Assembly: GCA_963776275.1 (NCBI GenBank)
Contig: CAVZMI010000030.1
Span: forward strand, 1-32,699
DNA from: Ignavibacteriota bacterium
GTDB taxonomy: Bacteria > Bacteroidota > Ignavibacteria > UBA10030 > CAVZMI01
Length of the DNA: 32,699 nt
Direction of reading: 5' to 3'
Shown here: one piece after another, positions 1 to 8,916 of the stretch
Position numbering within the stretch: the first letter of the stretch is position 1
How the letters are laid out: every line of letters begins with the position of its first letter
The notes under the pieces: generated by a model
Database searches by the model: none
Seen by the model: only the letters and a program-made list of their open reading frames with translations
Told to the model about the DNA's origin: nothing
Position numbers and translations under genes: made by a program

Positions 1-434
1 ATAAACAACATCGGGACGCAAAAAACGCGCTGACCCCGATAAATCCCACTGGAGTACGTGGGCCCGTAAAGAACACGGAAACATCGGGGCAAGCGGAATG
101 AGCCCGCCTACGTTACAAAGCAAACTTCCGCCTTCGTTTCACTGCGGCGGACGAGTCGGCGGACAAGCGTGGTACGTTAAGCATGGCTTGCAACGGTTTA
201 ATATATTTTGAAGGCTATCAGCGTGAACTTGTTTCGTTATCAACAATTTGAACGTTTGTAATGCCGCAGCTCCCGCTTCAGTCCGTCTCGACAGAGTCGA
301 GACGAGACCTCGACAAAGTCGGGCGGGATACTCGATTCGACCACAATTTGATTGGACAACATCAAATTTGTCGAATCGGGATTATTTATCCGCCGGAGTG
401 TTGTTTACGAAGGCGGAGCCGCCATCCGTTAGGC
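1..434 (+). repeat. attC site 0 (5' end outside window), expanded by nested palindromic inserts
   Basis: Ends GCCGCCATCCGTTAGGC (R' 428-434). Shares GCTGAC..GGAATGAGC, TACGTTAAGCATGGC and GCCGCAGCT motifs with the other long attC sites. Confidence 0.85.
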
Positions 435-463
435 ATCAAAAACAATCAAGGAAGGAGCAGGTC

Positions 464-1087
464 ATGAAACGATTATATGGTCTTTTTGTTTTATTAATCG
501 TTCTTGTCTCATGTACCCAAAACGCCCCTAAAGTACTTCTCTTCGTACGGGATGGATCTCCACATTTAGGGTACATGCTCAACAAAGAAGTCGGTACCAT
601 GAAAGAAATACTCGAACAATCCGGTTTCAAAGTTACGATTGCGACAATATCCGGAGAAGTTTTAAAAACGGATTCGATATCTGTAACGCCTCATATTAAG
701 TTAGGCAATGTAAATATTGCTGATTATGCGGGATTCATTTTACCATGCATGGCCAGCGATTCCACACATTCAGAAACAGTATCTTTTATCAAAGAAGTGG
801 TAAAACAAGGGAAACCCATAGCGGCTCAGCTCGGTTCAGTAGTGACTCTGGCCCGAGCAGGCGTTCTTCAGGGTAAGAAATTTGCCTTTCCTGAAGGGAA
901 AGACATAAATGCGAGTATGTATCCAGAGTTTAATGGTAGCATTTATAGTGGAAAAGGTGTTATTCAAGATGGGCTCATTATTACCTCTGGAATCTGTCCC
1001 TGGATGGCAAAAATGCCGGGTTATCAGGATGGTACTGATGAACTTACTCGAGCATTAATCAATACGATAAAGGCAACAGCTAAATAG
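464..1087 (+). CDS. DJ-1/PfpI (class I glutamine amidotransferase-like) family lipoprotein, cassette 1
   Basis: ATG 464 after AAGGAAGGAG RBS. Lipobox-like LVSC. DJ-1-like segments (ADYAGFILP, GKPIAAQ, LARAGVLQGKK, VIQDGLIITS). The ORF-track extension to 248 runs through the attC. Confidence 0.8.
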   Translation: MKRLYGLFVLLIVLVSCTQNAPKVLLFVRDGSPHLGYMLNKEVGTMKEILEQSGFKVTIATISGEVLKTDSISVTPHIKLGNVNIADYAGFILPCMASDSTHSETVSFIKEVVKQGKPIAAQLGSVVTLARAGVLQGKKFAFPEGKDINASMYPEFNGSIYSGKGVIQDGLIITSGICPWMAKMPGYQDGTDELTRALINTIKATAK

Positions 1088-1150
1088 AAATACCTAATGT
1101 TTAATTTAGTTGAAAAATATTTATTTACATCATTACTTATGTTTATTTAT

Positions 1151-1274
1151 GCCTAACACCCGCATCAAGGTGGACGCGACCCAACCTCGCGATTTTTTAA
1201 AGTTGACAATACGCAGCCAAGAAAGTAACAGAATTTAACTTTGTGGGTCGCGCCACTTATGCTTGTCGTTAGGC
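1151..1274 (+). repeat. attC site 1 (124 bp, canonical, no inserts)
   Basis: R'' GCCTAAC 1151-1157 and R' GTTAGGC 1268-1274. The arm GCATCAAGGTGGACGCGACCCA pairs with TGGGTCGCGCCACTTATGC, with extrahelical bases. Confidence 0.92.
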
Positions 1275-1318
1275 GGCAAAACATTAATATGACAGAAGCG
1301 TAAAAAGCATCTAACGTA

Positions 1319-1618
1319 ATGGAGAGATTTGAAATTGCAGTTCAATCTCTAGCGACCGGACCTGGTGACGTCCGTTCTCGTTTAGAAAATGCTTTTTTGT
1401 CTATCGTTGTATTCCAAGAGAATGATTTGCCTAAAGAAATTCAAAAGGATTTCTCTTGGGTTGTGAAAAGTCTAACAAAAAAAGAATCTCGATATCTTAA
1501 TGAAGGATCGCTTCATTCTACATTAGCGCAAATAAAGAATGTAACTGGCTCTAAGATCGCTAAAAGAATTTTTGCCATGTATAAAACAATAATAAGACTA
1601 AAATCACAAGACAAATAA
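1319..1618 (+). CDS. Hypothetical protein, cassette 2
   Basis: 99-aa ORF that fills the space between attC1 and attC2. An in-frame upstream ATG at 1289 is followed by TAA at 1301-1303. Confidence 0.7.
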   Translation: MERFEIAVQSLATGPGDVRSRLENAFLSIVVFQENDLPKEIQKDFSWVVKSLTKKESRYLNEGSLHSTLAQIKNVTGSKIAKRIFAMYKTIIRLKSQDK

Positions 1619-1628
1619 CGGTTTTGCT

Positions 1629-1923
1629 GCCTAACCAGCAACTCAAGCTGACCGAATAAGCCCGCCTGCCTGCCGGAGGCACGCAGGCAGGCCTACGTTA
1701 AAAGGTAAACTTCCGCCTTCGTTTCACTTCCGCCTCCGTTCCACTACGGCGGACAGGCCGGCGGACGAGTCGGAGGGCGATCGCAGTCCGGTAGATGGTC
1801 TTTGAAACCATTCAAGAAGGTTGTGTTATGCCAATCCAGATAACATACTTGAATGAATCGACTAATAAGCAGCAAGCAATTGGGATGTTATGCGGGCAAA
1901 AGTAATAACTCCGCATGTTATGC
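1629..1923 (+). repeat. attC site 2 (left arm intact, right arm atypical)
   Basis: GCCTAACCAGCAACTCAAGCTGACCGAATAAGC left arm, then nested inserts. The family right arm is missing; three GTTATGC candidates lie at 1825, 1887 and 1917, so the end is uncertain. Confidence 0.65.
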
Positions 1924-1955
1924 GGATCAATCTAATTATTGTTTGGAGTATCAAA

Positions 1956-3500
1956 ATGAAAATACTAATGGTTCTATTAACGCTCCTATTGAACACACAA
2001 ATGTACGTTGATTCATTAGCTCAAGAAATGCCCTTCGTCTATGGAGTTGAAAACACGGGCGCGGACTGTCCGAAACCGCCTTTGCCTACATTCAACCAGC
2101 TCCCGACCATCAAAGTCCTACCCGACCCGTTCGAGTGGGCCGATAGCAGCGGTCGCATCTTGAACCTCTCCGATTGGCGGTGCCGGCGTGCCGAGATCGG
2201 CGCTGAGATCCAGCAATACGAGCTTGGGACCAAGCCAGCTCCTCCGGACAGCTTGGAAGCCAGCTTCTCTGCTGATAGCGTACTCACAGTGACCATAGTA
2301 GTGGGTGGAGACACACTCACGCTGACTTCGAAGATCACACTCCCAGATGGGTACGGCCCCTTCCCGGCCGTGATCGGTGTGGGATTTTTTCCGACGGGTA
2401 GTCTCCCACCCGACATCTTTACCAGTCGCCAGATCGCGACCATCCAATACACGGAATCGCAAATAACGAACGCTTGGTCAAACGTACGCGGCGATGGACC
2501 CTTCTTCAAACTTTATCCGGATAAAACAAGGAGCAAATTTGTCGCCTGGGCCTGGGGCATCAGCCGCATCATCGATGGGTTGGAGAAGTGCCCTGAAGCC
2601 AACATCGATCTCTCGCATCTGGCCGTGACCGGCTGCTCCTATGCCGGTAAAATTGCGCTCTTTTCCGGTGCGTTTGACGAGCGCATCGCGCTTACTATTG
2701 CGCAGGAGTCTGGTGGCGGGGGGTACACGGCCTGGCGCGTCACGGAGACCCTGAGCGGGAGCAGGGAAACTCTGAGGAACGCCCAAGGTCAAGCCTGGTA
2801 TTACTCGGGCCTCTCTCAATTCAACAACGCAGTTACAAAACTACCTTACGATCATCATGAGGTGATGGCAATGGTGGCGCCCCGCGCGTTGTTCGTGACC
2901 GGTAACCCCGATTATGAATGGCTGGCAGATGAATCCGGACACGTCGCGAGTAAGGCTGCATATGAGGTCTGGAAAGCTCTTGGGGTACCAGACAGGTTCG
3001 GCTTTTCTATTGTCAGTGGACATAGCCACTGCCTACTCCCGGATAGCCAGAGACCAGAGGTGATAGCCTTTGTGGAAAAGTTCCTCCTTGGGGACACGAA
3101 CGCGAATACAGACATATCGACCAGTCCATACAATACCGACCTTTCCCCCTGGATTACGTGGGATACACCTGAATTGGTTAATGATATGCCATCTTCTATA
3201 GGTAATTCTGAAAAAGTGATTGACCGATTCGCTCTTAAGCAAAATTACCCTAATCCTTTTAATCCAACTACAACGATACGATATTCGATAAGTTCACCAG
3301 AAGAGGTTTCAATTAAAATATATGATGTTTCTGGTCAGCTCGTTAAAGAAATTAGCAAAAATCAGAATCAAGCCGGGGAATACGAAGTTGTTTGGAATGG
3401 CAAAAATAATTTTGGCGAAAGAGTTACCTCCGGCATTTATTTTTACCAACTTGTGGTTGGTAATCATTCTGAAGCGAAGAAAATGATATTACTAAAATAA
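1956..3500 (+). CDS. Secreted CE15 (glucuronoyl esterase family) esterase with C-terminal FlgD-Ig/T9SS-like sorting domain, cassette 3
   Basis: Signal peptide, LPDPF, AWAWGISRIID, catalytic GCSYAGK, AFDERIALTIAQESGGGG, LPYDHHE and C-terminal QNYPNPFNPTTTI...SGIYFY. Start 1956 follows GGAG. Confidence 0.9.
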   Translation: MKILMVLLTLLLNTQMYVDSLAQEMPFVYGVENTGADCPKPPLPTFNQLPTIKVLPDPFEWADSSGRILNLSDWRCRRAEIGAEIQQYELGTKPAPPDSLEASFSADSVLTVTIVVGGDTLTLTSKITLPDGYGPFPAVIGVGFFPTGSLPPDIFTSRQIATIQYTESQITNAWSNVRGDGPFFKLYPDKTRSKFVAWAWGISRIIDGLEKCPEANIDLSHLAVTGCSYAGKIALFSGAFDERIALTIAQESGGGGYTAWRVTETLSGSRETLRNAQGQAWYYSGLSQFNNAVTKLPYDHHEVMAMVAPRALFVTGNPDYEWLADESGHVASKAAYEVWKALGVPDRFGFSIVSGHSHCLLPDSQRPEVIAFVEKFLLGDTNANTDISTSPYNTDLSPWITWDTPELVNDMPSSIGNSEKVIDRFALKQNYPNPFNPTTTIRYSISSPEEVSIKIYDVSGQLVKEISKNQNQAGEYEVVWNGKNNFGERVTSGIYFYQLVVGNHSEAKKMILLK

Positions 3501-3501
3501 C

Positions 3502-3910
3502 GCCTAACCAGCGGCTCAAGCTGACGCAAGGAGTCCGCGTACGTTAAGCATGGCTTGCATAGGTGAAGTGCAAATTTGTAAGCCAGAGGCTTATGAGCCT
3601 TTGGCTCAAAAATGAAGTGAATGAACCCGTCTCGCCGATGGCGAGACGAGGCTCGACTTCGTCGGCTTATTTCGTGTAGTACATTTTGAAAGTTATCACC
3701 TGCCTGTCGACTTGTCCGCTGAAACGAAGTGTAAGCGGAAGTGCCTTCGGCACGCAGACCCGCCTTAGTCCGGAGGACGTCAGCGGAGCAGTACTTTAGT
3801 ACGGCGGGCAGGCAGGGTGCGGCAGCGCGTTGTTTGCGTCCCGCGCTTTCGTGCTTTTTACGCCCCACGCTCTTTGAGGGGTTGCGAGGCTTAGCCGCCA
3901 TCCGTTAGGG
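3502..3910 (+). repeat. attC site 3 (409 bp)
   Basis: R'' GCCTAAC 3502 directly after the stop codon. GCGGCT(C)AAGC pairs with GCTTAGCCGC. R' GTTAGGG 3904-3910. The interior holds several GC-rich hairpin inserts. Confidence 0.88.
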
Positions 3911-3953
3911 CGTATTTTTATGAGTCCAGAAAATATCGAAATAATGTAAACGA

Positions 3954-4358
3954 ATGTCTCTTCGTCAGAAAATATTCTATGCAATATGTAGCATACTCGG
4001 AATGCTACTAATTATGATTGCACATGTTGTGCGTCCTTTCCTATATGGAAAATCAAATGCGGTTGTTTTTATTTTTGGATTATTGCCAAATTTGGCGGCG
4101 GCATTTTCTATACCTTTTCCAATTATGTTTTTCTGTATTCAATCACTCCGCTTTAAAATACGTACAAAAATGTTTTCCTGGCTGTTTATTCTAATTGTAA
4201 TCATAAGCATGGGTGGATTATTCATCTGGGAAGTAGTGCAAAAATTAATTTGGGATATGCCTTTTGATAACAATGATATCTGGGCAACAGGAATTGGTGG
4301 TGTATTATCCATTCTTGTTTACATCCTATTATTGAGTCCTAAAAAAAATACTGCCTAA
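3954..4358 (+). CDS. Small integral membrane protein (about 4 TM), cassette 4
   Basis: 134 aa with four hydrophobic stretches and an FDNNDI motif. The stop codon lies within R'' of attC4. Confidence 0.8.
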   Translation: MSLRQKIFYAICSILGMLLIMIAHVVRPFLYGKSNAVVFIFGLLPNLAAAFSIPFPIMFFCIQSLRFKIRTKMFSWLFILIVIISMGGLFIWEVVQKLIWDMPFDNNDIWATGIGGVLSILVYILLLSPKKNTA

Positions 4359-4612
4359 CCAGCAGTTCAAGCTGACGGTTGAGAGTTGGTTACGAAATTC
4401 ATGGCGAGTAGAGGTTCGGTGTTTAATAAAAAGCTTTTCAGAATGAACTTGGTTCGTTTAGTACTATTTTGAAAGTTTTCAACGCCGCAGCTCCCGTTTT
4501 GCGGGATCCTCGATTCGACCACAATTTGATTGGACAACATCAAATTTGTCGAATCGGGATTATTTATCCGCCGTAGTGTTGTTTACGTAGGCGGAGCGCC
4601 CATCCGTTGGGG
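4353..4612 (+). repeat. attC site 4 (260 bp), L' box interrupted by about 100 bp of hairpins
   Basis: GCCTAACCAGCAGTTCAAGCTGACGG ... GCCGCAGCT[insert]AGCGCCCATCCGTTGGGG. Confidence 0.85.
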
Positions 4613-4666
4613 CGCAGCGCTTTTTGTAATAATAGAAGTTATATGACATTTTAAAAAAATCAAAGT

Positions 4667-6295
4667 ATGAGACAAAACTTTTTCTATATATTATTTTTTT
4701 TCTGCAATGTATTAGCACATTCCCAGACTAACGAAGTAGCAAAAATAGACATACTTTTTAAACACTGGAATACATTAATTACTCCAGGATGTGCTGTCGG
4801 TATAATCAAGGACAATAAAGTAGCATTTACAAAGTGCTATGGTATGGCAAATCTTGATAATAATATATCGATCAATAATAATACGAAGTTTATAACTGCA
4901 TCTCTTACAAAACAATTTACAGCTTATTGCATTGCTATTCTTATTTCTCAAGGGAAATTGAGCTTAGAAGATGATATAAGAACATATCTTCCAGAATTTC
5001 CTTATTCAAAAGACACTTTGAGAATTAAACACTTAATATATCATACAAATGGATTACATGATTATAGCGCCTTAATGAGCATATGTGGTGATTCATATGA
5101 TGATTTAAACTATGAGCATATGATAAAAGAGAAAGTTTATTCTATATCAGTATCAAAATTTAAGCCCGGTGAAAAGTTTGAATATAGCAATAGCGGTTAC
5201 TATTTGCTTTCTGAGATAATTGAACATGTCTCTCAATTACGAATTGATGAATTTGCTCGAAAATACATCTTTAGTCCGCTTGGGATGAATGATACATTTT
5301 TTTATACGAATCCAAGAGCAAAGAGCAATAATATGGCCGTTAGCTATACACAGAATATTTTCGGAGATTATCAAAAACAGTACTCAACTACCCCACCATT
5401 TGGGTCAGGGAATTTAATTTCTACTTTACATGATTTATTATTATGGGAGCAGAATTTTTATAACGGCAAATTATCTAAAAACAAACTCAACTATTTGATT
5501 TTAAAGCAAGGGGTTTTGAATAAAGGCGATACCATTGATTATTGTTTTGGTTTAAAAATTGGAAAACATAAAGAGCTGAAAATCATTTATCATTTTGGCG
5601 ATTATAACTCATTTGAATCAGTTATTATTAGGGTTCCCAAATATAAATTATCAGTAATAATACTTGCTAATGATAAAATAGCAAAAACATACTTTGACAA
5701 TTATTCTTTGGCCGACAAGATAATAGATATATTTCTAGACCAGAGTTCAAATCCTAAGATCCCTGAAAACAGATTTAAACCATTTAGTTCGGAAGAATCA
5801 ATTAAAAAATATATTGGAGTGTATAAATCAAAGAATGGAATTACATCAATAAGCTATGATGAAGGGCAATTGAAATTAAGTCATTCATGGGGAAATTGGT
5901 ACTATTCAATTTTCCCAACCTCAGATAGTGTCTTTTGTGATGAGTATGATTTTGAATATACTTACAAATTTAAAATAAATGATAATAAAGATGTAATGGG
6001 ACTGTGGACTCAACATACAGGTTATATAGAAAAGATAAATGCTGATAGTGTTTTAAAATTATCAAATGATTACAGCGGAGCCTATTATTCAAAGGAATTA
6101 AATACAGTTTATAAGTTATACCAAGAAAAAGGAAAAATATATTGTAAAATCAACAGCAAGGCTTCGAAAGAATTAATAATTACAGGAAGGGATACTTTTA
6201 GATTAGATAAGAACGTTATAAAGTTAATTCGTAATGATTCAAAAATTATTAATAGAATTGAAGTGAATAATGAATATGTGTTTAAAAAATTGTAA
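4667..6295 (+). CDS. Serine hydrolase, beta-lactamase/AmpC-like fold with C-terminal extension, cassette 5
   Basis: Signal peptide, PGCAVGII, SxxK (SLTK), YSN (FEYSNSGY) and HFG motifs. Very AT-rich. Confidence 0.88.
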   Translation: MRQNFFYILFFFCNVLAHSQTNEVAKIDILFKHWNTLITPGCAVGIIKDNKVAFTKCYGMANLDNNISINNNTKFITASLTKQFTAYCIAILISQGKLSLEDDIRTYLPEFPYSKDTLRIKHLIYHTNGLHDYSALMSICGDSYDDLNYEHMIKEKVYSISVSKFKPGEKFEYSNSGYYLLSEIIEHVSQLRIDEFARKYIFSPLGMNDTFFYTNPRAKSNNMAVSYTQNIFGDYQKQYSTTPPFGSGNLISTLHDLLLWEQNFYNGKLSKNKLNYLILKQGVLNKGDTIDYCFGLKIGKHKELKIIYHFGDYNSFESVIIRVPKYKLSVIILANDKIAKTYFDNYSLADKIIDIFLDQSSNPKIPENRFKPFSSEESIKKYIGVYKSKNGITSISYDEGQLKLSHSWGNWYYSIFPTSDSVFCDEYDFEYTYKFKINDNKDVMGLWTQHTGYIEKINADSVLKLSNDYSGAYYSKELNTVYKLYQEKGKIYCKINSKASKELIITGRDTFRLDKNVIKLIRNDSKIINRIEVNNEYVFKKL

Positions 6296-6312
6296 ATAAA
6301 AATATAGCTGCG

Positions 6313-6701
6313 CCCTAACCAGGCGCTCCCCGTTAGAAAGCGGCGGGATTCTCAATTCGACCACAACTTACCTGTAAAACGGTAAGTTTGTCGAATTGGA
6401 ACAAGCTGACCCCGACAAAGAGCATGTCGGGGCAGGCGGAATGAGCATGCATATGTTAAAGAGCAAACTCCGGCGGACAAACGTAGTACGTTAAGCATGG
6501 CGAGCATAGGTTTAGAACAAATATGAAAGTTATCAGTGCCGCAGCTCCCGCTTTGCGGGATCCCTGCCTGCGTGCTGTAGGAACTACGGCAGGTAGGCTC
6601 GATTCGACCACAATTTGATTTGAAAACATCAAATTTGTCGAATCGGGATTATTTATCCGCCGTAGTGTTGTTTACGAAGGCGGAGCGCCCATCCGTTAGG
6701 C
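6313..6701 (+). repeat. attC site 5 (389 bp), both L'' and L' interrupted
   Basis: CCCTAACCAGGCGCTC[insert]AAGCTGAC[insert]GGAATGAGC ... GCCGCAGCT[insert]AGCGCCCATCCGTTAGGC. Confidence 0.85.
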
Positions 6702-6847
6702 CGCTTGCGCTTTTAAGATAGAAATTTGCTTCGATGGAAAATACGAGATATATTGACGCCAAAGGGAGAGAAAATAGATACCCCGATTTACATTTCGCAT
6801 TGAATTTATTAATAGTAGTGCATGTTTAACACATAAATTAAAAACAA

Positions 6848-8441
6848 ATGAAAACTAATTATTTGTTACTAATCATTCTTGGAAGCCTGTTTGTGGCATC
6901 CACATTTGCACAAAGCAATTCCAATAACAAATCCATATTACAGGAACGGGTTATCAGCCTTGATTTTAATAAAATCAAAGGGAACTTCACTACAATGTTT
7001 AAAGAATGCATTGGTGCCGGCCGCGCTAATGAAGGATTACGGGCGGATTGGCAACAACAACTGGCCTTTGTAAAGAAGGAATGCGATTTCAAATATATCC
7101 GCATGCACGGACTGTTAACAGACGATATGGGCGTTTACAGGGAAGATAAAAATGGAAATCCGGAATATAATTTTCAGTACATCGATGTTTTATATGATTA
7201 CCTTCTGAGTATCGGGATGAAACCTTTTGTTGAATTAGGATTCATGCCGGATGCACTGGCTAGTGGCAATCAAACCATTTTCTGGTGGAAGGGAAACGTC
7301 ACGCCACCTAAGGATTATAAAAAGTGGGAAGACTTAATCCGCAATCTTACCCTTCATTTCACTGAACGCTATGGTGCAGATGAAGTAAAGACCTGGTATT
7401 TTGAGGTTTGGAACGAGCCTAACCTGAGTGGTTTCTGGGCGGGAACGCAAGAGGAATATTTCAAATTGTATATGTATACCGTGAAAGCCATAAAAAGTGT
7501 AAACAAAGAATATCCGGGTTGGCGGACCTGCTACTGCCGGTGCCGCTTGGGTGCCTGAAATGATCGACTTCTGCAGTAAAAATGCGCTCCCTCTGGATTT
7601 TATCAGTACCCATTCTTATGGAGTCAAACAAGGATATCTCGATGAATTTGGAGTTTCAGGTACAGTCCTTGACAAAAATCCTATGAGCGTCAGCGGTGAT
7701 ATTCTGAATTCGCGTAAACAAATTGCAAGTTCCTCTATGCCAAATTTGGAACTACATTATACCGAATGGAGTTCATCCTACACACCCTTTGATCCAATTC
7801 ACGACAGCTATCATCAGGCTGCCTATGTGCTGGAAAAAATTAAACAAGTCGGAAATGCAGCGAATTCAATGTCATATTGGGTATTCACAGATATTTTTGA
7901 AGAAGCGGGACCGCGCTTTACACCTTTTCACGGCGGATTCGGATTGCTGAATTACCAGGCCATCAACAAACCAGCCTTCTATTCCTTCAAGTTCATGAAT
8001 ATACTCGGAAACATAGAGTTGATTAATACTGATACATGTTCTTGGGCATGCAAAAATGCAAAGGGCAACATTCAGTTACTTTTCTGGGATTTCACCAACA
8101 CACATCCCGGAGATTCTGTGAATAATCAAGTGTATTATATTCGCGATTTGCCAGCTAAATCAAAAGGGAAAGTAAAGATAAGTATATCAGGGATCCCGGA
8201 AGGTACCTATGCGCTTGAAATATATAAAGTAGGTTATCATATAAACGATCCATATTCTACTTATCTTGCGATGAACAAGCCAAAGCAACTTACTAAACAA
8301 CAGGTTGAGCAAATAAAGAAATTGAATGACGGTTCTCCTGTTTCTAATGAAATAGTAAAAGTGAAAACTGATGCAGCATTTTTAAAAGAACTGGATCTTC
8401 GTGAAAATGATGTTTTCTTATTGAATATGATTAAACAATAA
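6848..8441 (+). CDS. GH39 beta-xylosidase-like glycosidase, split by a +1 frameshift near 7514-7518, cassette 6
   Basis: Signal peptide, YIRMHG, KPFVELGFMP, WNEP (acid/base) in the first ORF and YTEW (nucleophile) in the second. Removing one base restores EYRVGGPATAGAAWVPEM and gives about 530 aa. Confidence 0.9.
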
Positions 8442-8574
8442 TGCAATTAAAAACCAACCACTATTTTTGAATAAGGCATAGATTTTTTTAAAATGAGTTT
8501 GAGATTAATAAACGGCACTTAACAACAGCTCATACGCCATGCGGGACGAGGATTTCAGGTAACTTTATCTAGCG

Positions 8575-8821
8575 GCCTAACCAGTCGCTCCCCGTTAGAA
8601 AGCAACGGGATTCTCAATTCGACCACAACTTACCTGTAAAACGGTAAGTTTGTCGAATTGGAACAAGCCCGCCTCGCCCCGCGATAATAGCCTTGTCATG
8701 CAAGGCGGGACGGGCTGACGGAATGAGCGCCCGCCTTCGTTGAAAAGCAAACTACGGCGGACAGGTCGGCGGGCAAGCGCCGGAGCGTTATTTACGAAGG
8801 CGGAGCCGCCATCCGTTAGAA
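8575..8821 (+). repeat. attC site 6 (247 bp), with inserts and most of the central family core lost
   Basis: GCCTAACCAGTCGCTC[same insert as attC5]AAGC... and GAGCCGCCATCCGTTAGAA end. Confidence 0.85.
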
Positions 8822-8916
8822 CGCAAAAATAACATTGCGTTGTTACACGGGTTTGCGGATATTTTCAAACCTTACACATAAATACAATATTAGCATCATC
8901 TTTTAAAGGCTTCAAA

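Noticed and set aside
248-463. N-terminal extension of the DJ-1 ORF (also the 1890 start for CE15)
   Set aside because: These read through attC or repeat DNA. The downstream ATGs have an RBS and begin signal peptides.
1203-1231. TTGACA promoter inside attC1
   Set aside because: The hexamer at 17-bp spacing is TAACAG, which lacks the conserved final T; too weak to call.
3464-3901. 145-aa minus-strand ORF and similar ORFs at 11475-11700, 14768-15401 and 22149-22452
   Set aside because: They coincide with GC-rich palindromic repeats, have no recognisable motifs, and are best explained as spurious.
4667-6295. Antibiotic-resistance beta-lactamase cassette
   Set aside because: The SxxK/YxN/HxG motifs and long C-terminal extension fit the broad serine hydrolase/peptidase family. 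Resistance cannot be inferred.
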